From NCBI RefSeq assembly GCF_006345805.1, contig NC_043023.1, positions 2,356,001 through 2,420,000 on the forward strand: 64,000 nt of DNA, written 5' to 3'. Position 1 is the first letter of the stretch. Every line of letters begins with the position of its first letter. This document shows positions 14,568 to 27,183 of this stretch, one piece after another. The notes beneath the pieces are model-generated. The model did not search any database. It was not told the DNA's origin and worked only from the letters and a program-made list of their open reading frames with translations. A program made the translations under genes and the position numbers. Source of the stretch: Octopus sinensis (taxonomy: Eukaryota).

Positions 14568-14880
14568 GGCTTAGTGGTTAGAGCATTTGGCTCATGATCG
14601 GAAGGTTCTGAGTTCGATTCCCAGTGACGTGTTGTGTCCTTGAGCAAGACAATTTATTTCACGTTGCTCGAGTCCACTCAGCTGGCAAAAAGGAGTTGTA
14701 CCTGTATTTCAAAAAAGGGCCAGCCTCGTCACACTCTGTGTCACGCTGAATCTCCTTACAAACTACATTAAGGGTACACGTGTCTGTTGAATGCTCAGCC
14801 ACTTGCACATTAATTTCACAAGCAAGCTGTTCCGTTGATTGTATCAGCCGGGACCCTCATCATTGTAACCGATGGGGTGC
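14568..14880 (+). mobile_element. tRNA-derived SINE, family D
   Basis: GGCGCGTGGCTTAGTGGTTAGAGC...GAGTTCGATTCC A/B boxes. A related copy lies at 26282-26658(-). Confidence 0.8.
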
Positions 14881-14894
14881 TCCTAAACAATTCT

Positions 14895-15200
14895 TATTTG
14901 GCAAAAGAAATTCTTTGGTGGACCCATCTGAAAGGTTTGGTGACAGGCACTTTCCTATCTGGACAAGCCCTCATCAGTTTCTTCAAATATCATTTGAAGA
15001 GGAAGGTGAGGGTAGAGAGATAGAGATGCTGCCTTCTGATGTGCTTATCACAAAGTGGACAAGACTGGCAAGACTGGAGAGGCAGAATGGATATACTCAG
15101 AGTAAGCTTTTCTAAGACGAAAGAAAGAAACTGAAAGAGGGCACTTTCCCATGCCTTGGGGCTGGCAGACATTTTGTGTAGGGTTTTACTCAGAATTACC
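14895..15200 (+). mobile_element. 3' fragment of a Tx1/L1-like LINE ORF2
   Basis: YLAKEILWWTHLKGLVTGTFLSGQALISFFKYHLKRKVRVER then, after a frameshift, EMLPSDVLITKWTRLARL. Resembles Tx1-type C-termini (from memory). Confidence 0.55.
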
Positions 15201-15224
15201 CTAAGTGGACGATTCTATTTAGTC

Positions 15225-15627
15225 TTTTACTCTTTTACTTGTTTCAGTCATTTGACTGTGGCCATGCTGGAGCACCGCCTTTAGTCGAGCAGATCAACCC
15301 CAGGACTTATTCTTTGTAAGCCTAGTACTTATTCTATCGGTCTCTTTTGCCGAACCGCTAGGTGACGGGGATGTAAACACACCAGCATCGGTTGTCAGGC
15401 GATGCTAGGGGGACAAACACAGACACACAAACATATACACACACATACATATATACATATATACGACGGGCTTCTTTCAGTTTCCGTCTACCAAATCCAC
15501 TCACAAGGCTTTGGTCGGCCCGGGGCTATAGCAGAAGACACTTGCCCAAGGTGCCATGCAGTGGGACTGAACCCGGAACCATGTGGTTGGTAAGCAAGCT
15601 ACTTACCACACAGCCACTCCTACGCCT
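15225..15627 (-). mobile_element. SINE family A, full length
   Basis: Reverse complement of the consensus seen at 11315. Confidence 0.9.
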
Positions 15628-16474
15628 ATCTATTCATTTATTTATTATTCATTTTTCTAATTTCTGATTAAATATCATTTTGTTATGAATGTTAATGTTG
15701 GTGTGTCACCCTTTAATTGATGAAAACCTTACCTGTTTTGTATCTTGTATTTCATTCTTTAATATTGTCTTTCATATTTTGGGCCCGCCGGTGGCACATA
15801 AATAGCACCATCCAAATGTGGCCGATGCCAGTGCCGCCCTGACTGGCTTCCGTGCCAATGGCACGTTAAAAGCACCAACCGATCGTGGCCGATGCCAGAC
15901 TCCCCTGGCACCTGTGCCGGTGGCACGTAAAAAGCACCCACTACACTCGTGGAGTGGTTGGCGTTAGGAAGGGCATCCAGCTGTATAAACACTGCCAGAT
16001 CAGACTGGAGCCTGGTGCAGCCCCTGGCTTCCCAGACTCCGGTCGAACCGTCCAACCCGTGCTAGCGCGGAAAACAGACATTAAACGCTGATGATGATGA
16101 TGATGATGAGGGTCAATAAAAGAAATCATTAATATAATCATTATTCAGTGAGATAGCACTGCATGCCATCAAAGTGACCCTGAGGTGTCATTACAAGGCC
16201 CAGTATACCCACCATGGCTACCTTTCTGATAAGGGTACACCTGGCACATGCATCACAACCATATATGTGTGACATGGTGATATGATATCAAGATAAACAG
16301 TGCATGACCTTGCAGGTGGGGCCCAGCTAGAATTTTCTTCAGGTTAAATAGCCCATCCCACTCAAAAGGTCCTTGAATAAAGTTTGTTTAAGCATGATAA
16401 ACGAAACACCCATGTTTCCAGAGGTGAATTATTCAAACCCCACAAAATTCCATTATTATTATTATTATTATGTG

Positions 16475-16904
16475 TTTGACTTTTGCTTTATATTGGTACA
16501 AGTTGGCTCCAAGTCTCACCCAGAGACCTCAAGAGACAACAGGTTGGAAGTTCACGTTGTTGTTATGCCTAGTGTGCAATATATTTGGGTTTTTTTTTCT
16601 TTTTTTGATATTGTACTAGTGAATGTCTAATAAATTAAAAAAATAAATAAATAAATAAATAAATAAATAAAATTAAAAAAATAAAATAAAAATTGTTTGT
16701 TTTAAACCCTGAGATTACATAGAGAGTATTTTGCGTAGGATATGAGCAGTTCCCATGAGCACTATCTTTTGAATTTCTGCCATTTTGGGGTTTCCTGGTA
16801 TCTGAGTTAGGTAGCAATCAGCCCCTTTTGCTATCATTCCCAGGGCACCTATGACAACAGGTATTGTTTTAGTCTTCAGCTTCCACATTTTTCTGATTTC
16901 TGTT

Positions 16905-16906
<2 letters not shown>
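16475..16906 (-). mobile_element. R4/Dong-like RLE retrotransposon 3' end
   Basis: ETEIRKMWKLKTKTIPVVIGALGMIAKGADCYLTQIPGNPKMAEIQKIVLMGTAHILRKILSM*, flanked by (TTA)n. Confidence 0.8.
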
Positions 16907-16942
<36 letters not shown>

Positions 16943-16952
16943 ATTACTGGTA

Positions 16953-16987
<35 letters not shown>

Positions 16988-17294
16988 GTTATTATTATTA
17001 TTTGATGAAAACTCTCAGATTATTTTTCTGGGTATGATGGAAAGTGTCAGCCGTCCAGAGCCAGCAGACAAAGGTGACACTTGTTTACTGGTCATGCTTC
17101 ATGAACCCTGCGAAGAATTCTTGCAGTTCCAAGCAATGTGGATTTTTGTAGGTGTTCGACCTCTACACTTGCACCAATCTTTTGCAGCCATGTTGGTAGA
17201 TGAGTGCTGATACTTCCGAATGTTCTGGGCGACATATATTTTACCCCAGTGTCACTTTGATGGCATTCTCTGCTCTCTCACGCAATAATTATAA

Positions 17295-17542
17295 TCTCTA
17301 TATATATAAACAACAAAATGTCTGTCTGTGTGTGTGTGTATCCTTTATACAAATCCACAATTTTTCAGTTAGAGTGCTCGCACTTTCTATGGTCATTCAA
17401 AACCGTCCAAGGGTGGTTGTGCACATTTTTACATTTTCCCAATCACCCCTCAAAGCCATTAAAAAATCAATAGAAGTGACTTTCTGTGAACTTTCTATCC
17501 AAAACCCAATCATTATCCGGCAACGCCGGGTCATAGTGCTAG
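17295..17542 (+). mobile_element. Non-autonomous Helitron
   Basis: A|TCTCTATATATATAAA...CCGGCAACGCCGGG...GTGCTAG|T. Confidence 0.8.
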
Positions 17543-17565
17543 TAATAATAATAATAATGATGATG

Positions 17566-17602
<37 letters not shown>

Positions 17603-17664
17603 TAATAATAATAATAATATAATAATAATAATAATAATAGTAATAATATATAATAATAATAATG

Positions 17665-17722
<58 letters not shown>

Positions 17723-17842
17723 TAATAATAATAATGATAATAATAATAATAATAATAATAGTAATAATATAATAATAATAATAATGATAATAATAATAAT
17801 AATAATAATAGTAATAATATAATAATAATAATAATAATAATA

Positions 17843-17995
17843 ACATCGAAAAATATCTTAGGAATGAGAACCCAGGTTCAAAATTTCCCCAAGACACCTG
17901 ATGAAGGCTGGAGGGTATAAACGTTGTGTTAACAACAAACAACATGAGGACAAATATCTGCCAAATGTAGATAATTCCTCATCTCTTAAATATAT
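17843..17995 (+). mobile_element. Third copy of the short HHR-carrying repeat, with the helix II 3' strand deleted
   Basis: GACACCTGATGAAGGCTGGAGGGTAT[deletion]AAACGTTGTGTT, directly after a ~300-bp (AAT)n tract. Confidence 0.7.
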
Positions 17996-18328
17996 AGAAG
18001 ACCATTATTCTGTTGTTTTTACATTAATCACTACCTCATTATCACCCCACTTTGCTTCAACGTCCCCTTGAAACTTTCACTTTGGGAACCATTGTTGTAA
18101 ACTCTTCTGCCAGTGAAAACCAGATGCTCAACTGAGACACAATGATCCAAAAGCAGCCTGGAGCCTCTCATTAGTTAGTTTCTTTAGCTTTTTTGCTCGG
18201 CTTAACAAGAAACTTTATTGCATTGTGAGCTTCCATATTATCTTCACACCTGCAAAATCAGTCAGCTGTGACAAGCAGTGTTTAGTGAGGTGTGTTCATT
18301 GTGATGTTACATGTCTCCCCTTCAACCT

Positions 18329-18738
18329 ATTTCTTTATTGCCCACAAGGGGCTAAACACAGAGGGGATAAACAAGGACAGACAAACGGATTAAGTTTATT
18401 ACATCGACAGCAGTGTGTAACTGGTTCTTAATTTATTGACCCCAAAAGGATGAAAGGCAAAGTTGACCTCGACAGAATTTGAACTCACAACGGTAGACAA
18501 AATACCTATTTCTTTACTACCCACAAGGGGCTAAACACAGAGAGGATAAACAAGGACAGACAAAGGGATTAAGTCGATTATATCAACCCCAGTGTGTAAC
18601 TGGTACTTAATTTATCGACCCCAAAAGGATGAAAGGCAAAGTCGACCTCGACGGTATTTGAACTCAGAACGTAATGGCAGACGAAATACGGCTATGTATT
18701 TTGCCTGGCATGCTAACAATTCTGCCAGCTCACCACCT
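18329..18738 (-). mobile_element. tRNA-derived SINE family B, tandem partial plus full copy
   Basis: Head GGTGGTGAGCTGGCAGAA, core GCCTTTCATCCTTTYGGGGTCGATAAA, tail CCCCTTGTGGGTAGTAAAGAAATAG. About 15 copies occur in the window. Confidence 0.85.
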
Positions 18739-18749
18739 TGTCTCTCCTT

Positions 18750-19050
18750 CAACCTGGGAACCTTTCATGTGTGCCGTCTACGCAATATCTGCAACATTTA
18801 ATGGCAAGATAAGATATCAGATATCAAAGATTTAGAAAAATGTGATACCTCCAGTATCAAAAACGCTGTTGAGAACTCAATGCAGACAGGTAAGACATGT
18901 TCAAATACAAGGTGATTGCATTCTGAAAATTCTTTTGTATGGCCAACAAGCAGAGGGATACCACAGTAAAGGAAGACATTTCCTCAGATATAATAATATC
19001 TTGAAGCAATCACTAAAATCTTTAAAATTTCATTTAACGTCTTGGGAAAG
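18750..19050 (+). mobile_element. RTE-clade LINE, RT C-terminal fragment
   Basis: FHVCRLRNICNI*WQDKISDIKDLEK...ILKILLYGQQAEGYHSKGRHFLRYNNILKQSLK...SWE matches the RTE/BovB C-terminal pattern. Confidence 0.75.
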
Positions 19051-19295
19051 TTATTGCTTAGATTGATCTGACTGGTGTAAAATGTGTCATGATTCTGTGT
19101 GGTAAGAAGCTTACTTTCCAACTGTATGTTCTTGGGTTCAATTCCACAGTATGACACCTTGGGCAGGTGTCTTCTACTCGGGTTAACTTTGGGCTGGCCA
19201 AAGCCTTGTGAGTGGACTTGGTAGGTGGAAACTGAAAGAAACCTATCATATATATGTATATACTTTATTTAAAGCAGCAGAAAATTCAACAAAAC

Positions 19296-19333
19296 CTGTT
19301 ACTCTGAGTTTCCCGTTGCCGTTCATCGGACAG
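19296..19333 (-). ncRNA. Minimal type I hammerhead candidate, U4C core variant
   Basis: Minus strand CUGU-CCGAUGA-ACG(GCAA)CGG-GAAA-CUC-A-GAGU-A/ACAG, within a PLE-type end repeated at 27822, 45546 and 58870. Confidence 0.65.
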
Positions 19334-19633
19334 TTTTTGCTGCTTTAAATAAAGCATATTACTCTACCACTGGTATTTGAGTAGTCTTTTTTCCACCTTG
19401 TTTCACATTTATGTGTTTACTCTGGTATATATGTATATGTATATATATATATTTTTCAAAATGTGACCTCATGTGTACTGTTGGCGATTTTTTTTCCTCT
19501 GTCTTCCCTTCTCTGGATCTTTCCTTCTCCTATGTTTCCTCCTTCCCTTCTTTCCTGAGCGTCCAATAATACTATATTTGTTCCACGTCCTCGCGTTGTT
19601 GTGTTTTTTGTGTTTTCTTGTTTGGATTAACTT

Positions 19634-19701
<68 letters not shown>

Positions 19702-19721
19702 GTATATATATATATGTATAT

Positions 19722-19752
<31 letters not shown>

Positions 19753-19813
19753 CTGTAATATGACATGTGACAATTATTCAGTTGCCATAATAAATGCATT
19801 TTTTTATTGTCTC

Positions 19814-19874
19814 AAAAGCTGAGGAGATGCCAAAGCAGATTTCCGCCATGGCATCTGAAACTCGGAGTTTTATT
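19814..19874 (+). ncRNA. Type I hammerhead candidate inside a fold-back (19752-19911)
   Basis: AAAAG-CUGAGGA-GAUGCC...GGCAUC-U-GAAA-CUC-G-GAGU-U/UUAUU. Confidence 0.55.
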
Positions 19875-20242
19875 ATGGCAACTGAATAATTGTCACATAT
19901 TATATTACAGATAAATTCCTCTGTCTACATAATATTGAGGTCTCATTCATTGTTTTGTTGTCTTAGCATTACTATTAATATATATATGTATAGAAGGAGA
20001 CGGTGACCCCCTTCAGTCAGGAATGACCATGGGATTGCACCTAGAAAGTTACATATCGTCAGCCACTAAGGGACATGCTCAACTGGTTAAGGTCAAATAA
20101 CTGACAAGCAAATCTGTGGTATTGAGCAGAATATTTGCTGTAGCCCATCTTTTATACCAAGACAAAACAATGTACATGATAACATTTCCAATCAGTTAAG
20201 ATCAGAAATCATGAGAGCCACTGCCTGGTACTACATCAGAAC

Positions 20243-20281
<39 letters not shown>

Positions 20282-20282
<1 letters not shown>

Positions 20283-20838
20283 GAGTGAGAGATCAGTGCG
20301 TGCCATCAAAATGACACCGGGGTAAAATATACGAAGCCCAGTATACCCATCATGACTACCCGTCTGATAAGGGTACACTAGGCACATTCATCACAACCAT
20401 GTGTACGTGACATGGTGATCCCATGTCAAGATAAACAGCACATGACCTTGCAAGTGGGGCCCAGTTAGAATTTTCTTCTGGTCAAGTAACCCATCCCACT
20501 CCAATGGTTCCTGAATAAGGGTTGTTTAAGGATATTGAGCGAAACACCCATGTTTCCAGAGGTGAATTATTCAAACCCCAAAGAATCCCTCAACACATGG
20601 CTATGATGCTCCCCCACTACTTCTGCTCGTGATCAGAGATGCACATATCGTCAGCCACCAAGGGACATGGTCAACTGGTTAAGGTCAAACAACTGACAAG
20701 CAAATCTGTGGTATTGAGCAGAATATTTGCTGTAGCCCATCTTTTATACCAAGACAAAACAATGTACATGATAACACTTCCAATCAGTTAAGATCAGAAG
20801 CCATGAGAGCCACTGCCTGGTACGGCATCAGGGCATTC
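20282..20838 (-). mobile_element. ~560-bp non-coding repeat (family G) embedded in (AAT)n
   Basis: Near-identical segments at 16146-16445, 20054-20245 and 50250-50965. The ends abut (TTA)n/(ATC)n tracts. Confidence 0.7.
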
Positions 20839-21079
20839 ATTATTATTTATTATTATTATTATCATTAAGGTGGTGAGCTGGTGGAATCGTTAGCACACTG
20901 GTCAAAATGCTTAAGGGCATTTCATCTGTTTTTATGTTCTGAGTTCAAATTCCATCAAGGTCAACTTTGCCTTTCATCCTTCTGGGGTCGATAAAATAAG
21001 TACCAGTTGACAACTGGGGGTTGATGTAATCAACTAACCCCCGACCTGAAATTTTAGACCATGTGACTATAGTAGAAAC

Positions 21080-21084
21080 GATTA

Positions 21085-21145
<61 letters not shown>

Positions 21146-21895
21146 GAAATCATTATTATAATTACTTTGCTTTATGGAAAAAAATTCTTTAATTGAATCA
21201 GTCAAGTGCGAAATGTGTTCCTGTGAAGTTGTACTTTAAATATTCTGTGAAAAATTGGTAATCTGTAGGGGGCGGGGATAATGATGATAATGGTGATGGT
21301 GACAGCAGTGATAGTGATGCTCACGATGGTGGTGATGTGGTGGTGGTAGTGATGATCATGATGATGACCACAACAATAATGATAACGATGGTAGTAGCAG
21401 CAGTGATGATGATGAAGGTGGTGGTGTTGGTGGTGGTGGTGGTGGTGGTGGTGGTGGCCTTGGCTCTGATCATCATTGACATCGTTATCATCATTAATTT
21501 CATTATCATCATCATTATTGCTACTATCCTCATTGCCACCAGCAGTAACGATGATGATGATGATTATGATGGTAATGGTAACGATGATGATGGTGATTGT
21601 GGTGGTGGTGGTGGTGGTGCTGGCAATGATGATGGGCAATATGATGATGATGATGATGATGATGCTTATGCTGCTGCTGATGATGATGATGATGATGATG
21701 ATGACTGTGGTGGTGGTGGTGGTGGTGGGGGTTGTGGTGGTGATAATAATAATGATGATGATAATGACATTAGCTATGATGATAATGTTAATGAAGACGG
21801 TGATTGTAGTAATGATGATGATGCTGCTGGTAATTGTAACGATGATGATGATAACGATAGTGAATATGATTATGATGATGATTATGAGTTTTAAT
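21080..21895. repeat. (TTA)n and (GAT)n/(GGT)n trinucleotide block
   Basis: Direct inspection. Confidence 0.9.
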
Positions 21896-22702
21896 GAGGA
21901 CAACCTGTACTGTTAAGCAAGTTCTTTTTCCCCTTTTTTCTCCCCCCCCCGCCCCCGCCACTTCTGGTTCACGACATTATTAAGCATTCGACAGTAATCA
22001 AAGAAGGGCAAACCCATTATTGAGTGCATCGGACAGTGCACAGAAAATTGGATTTTGTTAGCGATGTGCAAGGTGCTTTTGCTGTTGTTGTTCTTGTTTG
22101 TGATGTTGAACCCCAGGTCAGGACTGACCCAGGGCTAAAACTCATCAAATCCGCTCCAGTGCTCCAGCTGCGAAAATACATCATGTGTGTGTGTGTGTGC
22201 GTGTGTGTGTGCATATCTTGTATCTTTTAGCTGTTTCAGTCCTTAGACTGTGGCCATACTGGAGCACCACCTTGAAGTATTTTGTTTCAGTCGAATGAAT
22301 TGACCTCCCAATACCTATTTTTTTTCTTTTGTTAAACCTGGTACATATTCTGTCAGTCTCGTTTGCTGAGCTGCTAAGTTACAGGGATGTAAACAAGCCA
22401 ACACTCTGGTTGTCAAGTGGTGGTGGGGGACACACAGACACAAACACACACACACACACAAATATATATTCTTTTATTCTCTTACTTGTTTCAGTCATTT
22501 GACTGTGGCCATGTTGGAGCACCACCTTTACTTGACCAATTCGACTCCAGGACTTATTCTTTGTAAGCCTAGTAGTTATCCCATCGCTCTCTTTTGCCAA
22601 ACTGCTAAGTTACGGGGACAGAACCACACCGACATCAGTTGTCAAGCGACGATGGGGAGACAAACACAGATACACAAATATAAACATATATACAACGGGC
22701 TT

Positions 22703-23160
22703 CTTTCAGTTTCTTATTTCTTTATTACCCACAAGGGGCTACACACGGAGAGGACAAACAAGGACAGACAAAGGGATTAAGTCAATTAGATCGACCCCAG
22801 TGCGTACTTAATTACTTAATTTATCAACCCCGAAAGGATGAAAGGCAAAGTCGACCTCGGCGGAATTTGAACTCGGAACATAACGGCAGACAAGGGGCTA
22901 AACATAGAGGTGACAAACAAGGACAGACAGACGGATTATGTCAATTATGCCAACCCCAGTGCGTAACTGGTACTTATTTAATTGACCCCGAAAGGATGAA
23001 AGGCAAAGTCAACCTTGGCAGAATTTGAACTCAGAACGTAACAGCAGACGAAATACCTATTTCTTTACTACCCACAAGGGTCTAAACATAGAGGGGACAA
23101 ACAAGGACAGACAGACGGATTTCACCCGGCATGCTAATGCTAACATTTCTGCCAGCTTGC
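22703..23160 (-). mobile_element. Tandem partial SINE family B copies
   Basis: Three head-to-tail partial units. Confidence 0.8.
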
Positions 23161-23804
23161 TGCTTTCTTTCAGTTTCTGTCCACTAGATCCACTCACAAG
23201 GTTTTAGTTAGCCTGAGGCTATAGTAGAAGACTCTTGCCCAAGGTGCCACACAGTGGGACTGAACCTGGAACCATGAGGCTGGTAAGCAAGCTTCTTACC
23301 ACACAGCCATGTATGTATCCAGCAAAGTAGCTATTTCTAAAATCTTCATAAGAGATGCAAGTAGTAAATCTACCAAAAATTAATGGCTGTGACCACCTCA
23401 ACATGGTTGTTCCGTACACAACATTGTTACTACTCATTTTAACCCCAGGAGGACATCTCCTCCTGCTGGTTAACGACACTCTATCTGTGTCTGTTATATT
23501 GCAAAGAAGGGATTAAGTGACTCCCATCAAGCACTGAAAGGAGCCAATAGATAAGCTGGTTTCTGGGTATAAACCTTCTTTGGAACTCTATCTCCTATAG
23601 AGATTTTAGCACTAGCTACTTTACTTGATGTAAGATCAGCTGTTGTGTGTTGCTTATTTATTTATGTATTGCAAACTAGGAGGAACAACTGCCATGTCTA
23701 GCAGACTGGTGTAACCATTGCCAATGATGGGTTATACACAGAAACCAGCTGGTCTATTGTTCCTCTCAGTGCCAGATGGGAGTTGTTAACTCCCTTGTTT
23801 GCAA

Positions 23805-24375
23805 TATATGGGATGAGGTGGTGAAGCATGACCTTCGAACTTTAGGTCTCACCGAGGAAATGTCTAGAGACCGAGACCTTTGGAAGTATGCTGTGCGTGG
23901 GAAGACCAGGCAGGACACATGAGACCATATTCCATGGCCTCTACCTGGGGTATAGCCAGTCCACTTATGCATACCTTTCCTTCTGGGGACACAAAACTCT
24001 ACTTGTGAAGACCTGTTGAGGCAAGTGAAAATCGAAATCAATCAATATAATGGAAATTGTAGCTGTGATACCAGTGCCAGTGGCACATAAGAGAACCATC
24101 CAAACGTGGCCGTTGCCAGCGCCACCCTGACTGGCCTCTGTGCCAGTGGCACGTAAAAAACACCATCCAATCGTGGCCATTTGCCAGCCTTGTCTGGCAC
24201 ATAAAAAGCACCCACTACACTCACGGAGTGGTTGGCGTTAAGAAGGGCATCCAGCTGTAGAAACACTGCCAGATCAGACTGGGCCTGGTGCAGCCTTCTG
24301 GCTTCCCAGACCCCAGTTGAACCGTCCAACCCATGCTAGCATGGAAAGTGGACGTTAAACGATGATGATGATGAT
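23805..24375 (+). mobile_element. RTE LINE 3' end (ORF C-terminus and 3' UTR, equal to family C)
   Basis: WDEVVKHDLRTLGLTEEMSRDRDLWKYAVRGKTR, followed by the family C tail ending (GAT)n. Confidence 0.75.
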
Positions 24376-24739
24376 ATATATATATACATACGATGGGCTT
24401 CATTCTGTTTCTGTCTACCAAATCACAAAGCTTTGGTCAGCCCAAGGCTATAGTAGAAGACACTTGCCCAAGTTGCCATGCAGTGGGACTGAACCCGGAA
24501 CAATGTGGTTGGGAAACTGGTGAAAAGTGTGAATCAAGGTGTTATTATAAAGTGTTTAGGAAAGCAAGAATTACCCAGAATTCTTTGCAGGAAATCTGAT
24601 GAATCAGCGAAAAGGTGTTTGGAACAATTCTTAAAGACTTTGTGTTTTAGCAGGAACTCTCTCAATTAATTTAATAGCTTTTAATTAGTGCAATTAAAGA
24701 TCTTATGGAGAATAAATATTTTTCTTGTTTACAGCCGAT

Positions 24740-25440
24740 GTTGCGTTAGATGGAGGGTGTCTTTGTTGGTGTTGGTGGTGGTGGTGTTGACAGTGATAGT
24801 GCTGATGGTGATGGTGGTGATGTTGCTGGCGGTTGTAGTGGTGGTGGTGATGGTGGTGGTCACGGTGGTTGTATTGATAGGTCATGGTGATAGTGGCGGT
24901 GGTTATGGTGGTGGTGGTGATAGTAGCAGTGGTGATGGTGATAGTGGAGGTGGTGGTAGTGGTAGTGGTGGTGGTGCTGGTGATGGTGGGAGTAGCGGTG
25001 GTGATGGTGGTAGTAGAGGTGGTGGTAGTGGTGGAGGTGGTAGTGCTGATGGTGAAGGTGGTAGCGGAGGTGGTGATAGTGGTGAAGGTGGTGGTATTGA
25101 TGGTGATAGTGGCAGTGGTGATGGTGATAGTGGCGGTGGTGATGGTGGTAGTGGAGGTGGTGGTGGTGATAGTGATAGTGGTGGTAATGGTAGTTGTGTT
25201 AATAGGTGGCAATGGAGGTGATGGTTGCGGTCATGGTGGTGGTAGTGGTAGGGGTGATAATGGTGTTGGAGGTGAAGGTGATGGCGTTGGTGGTAGTGGT
25301 TGCAGTGATAGTAGTGGTATTGAAAATAGTAGTGATGATGTGGAAATGCATTGATGTTGTAGTGGTGGTGGTGGTGGCAGTTCTGATGATGATAGTGATG
25401 GCCTTAATAACAGTGATAGTGATGGTGGGGCTGTTTACTA
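24740..25440. repeat. (GGT)n/(GAT)n low-complexity block
   Basis: Direct inspection. The Gly/Ser/Asp-rich ORF is a repeat artefact. Confidence 0.9.
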
Positions 25441-25660
25441 TTGTTTAACCACAGGTTTGCTCTGATCCAGCAGACTTGAGATCAACGCCCCTCAGGCCAT
25501 CATTACTTCATCCTAGTTTCAGATTTAGTCCATTCAGCACTACCCTTATCAAACATGTCCTTCCTTCATTCAGACAGCAGAGTAGCATTTCGCAAAGATT
25601 TAGCTGCTATTTCACCCAGGTCAGAGAGCCTCTTAGAGATAAACTTTATTAGCAGTGTCA

Positions 25661-26080
25661 ATACCTATTTCTTTACTACCCACAAGGGGCTAAACACAGA
25701 GAGGACAAACAAGGACAGACATAGGTATTAAGTTGATTATATCAACCCCAGTGCATAACTGGTACTTAATTTATCGACCCCGAAAGGATGAAAGACAAAG
25801 TCGACCTCGGTGGAATTTGAACTCAGAACATAACGGCAGACGAAATACGTATTTCTTTACTACCCACGAGGGGCTACACACAGAGGGGACAAACAAGGAC
25901 AGACAAATGGATTAAGTCAATTATATCGACCCCAGTGTGTAACTGGTACTTATTTGATTGACCCTGAAAGGATGAAAGGCAAGGTCGACCTCGGTGGAAC
26001 TTGAACTCAGAACGTAACAGCAGACAAAATACGGCTACACATTTTGCCTGGCGTGCAAACGTTTCTGCCAGCTCACCACC
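25661..26080 (-). mobile_element. Tandem SINE family B (partial plus full)
   Basis: Same junction type as at 18506 and 23056. Confidence 0.85.
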
Positions 26081-26789
26081 TTATTGGCAGTTTCAATTCC
26101 TCTGTCTGTCATTAACGACCCCATGGTTGAAATCTCCATTGTATGCTTTGCTTGACCAGCAGTGTCTGTGGCAATGTAGTCAGATGGAGGAATGACAGTC
26201 TTGCCCTTGCAAACTGCCCTTGTGGGCTGTCCCCAGTGCTGTCTGAGTTGTAGCGTAGTCTAGTTATATCTCTCCAATGGAAGCACTCCGTCGGTTAAGA
26301 TGACAAGGGTTCCGGTTGATCTGAATCAACGGAAGAGCCTGCTCATGAAATTAACGTTTAAGTGGCCGAGCACTCCACAGACATGTGTACCCTTAATGTA
26401 GTTCTCGGGGATATTCAGCGTGACACAGAGAGTGACAAGGCCGGCCCTTTGAAATACAGGTACAACAGAAACAGGAAGTAAGAGTGAGAGAAAGTTGTGG
26501 TGAAAGAGTACAGCAGGGATCACCACCATCCCCTGCCGGAGCCTCGTGGAGCTTTAGGTGTTTTCGCTCAATAAACACTCACAACGCCCAGTCTGGGAAT
26601 TGAAACCGCGATCCTATGACCGCGAGTCGCTGCCCTAACCACTGGGCCATTGCACCTCTATCTCTCCAGTATAGGGTATTTGATGGGATCCAAACCTGGG
26701 CAGTATGGCATGGAAGATAGGTTGTTGATCCAGCAGCATGTCCAACCTCTCTAGGTCACTGAAGGATCCAAAGGGACAGCACTGCTATA

Positions 26790-27183
26790 CTCTTGACTCT
26801 TTACTCTTTTACTTGTTTCAGTCATTTGACTGCGGCCATGCTGGAGCACCGCCTTTAGTCGAGCAAATCGACCCCAGGACTTATTCTTTGCAAGCCCAGT
26901 ACTTATTCTATCGGTCTCTTTTGCCGAACTGCTAAGTGACAGGGATGTAAACACACCAGCATCGGTTGTCAAGCAATGCTAGGGGGACAAACACAGACAC
27001 ACAAACATATACACACACATACATATATATATACGACAGGCTTCTATCAGTTTCCGTCTACCAAATCCACTCACAAGGCATTGGTCGGCCCGAGGCTATA
27101 GTAGAAGATGCCACGCAGTGGGACTGAACCCGGAACCACGTGGTTCGTAAGCAAGCTACTTACCACACAGCCACTCCTGCGCC
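26790..27183 (-). mobile_element. SINE family A, near full length
   Basis: Reverse complement of the consensus. Confidence 0.85.

Noticed and set aside
20780-20838. HDV-like ribozyme at the family G end (GGCTCTC(A/G)TGGC resembles an L3 loop)
   Set aside because: P1, P2 and P4 pairings could not be built.
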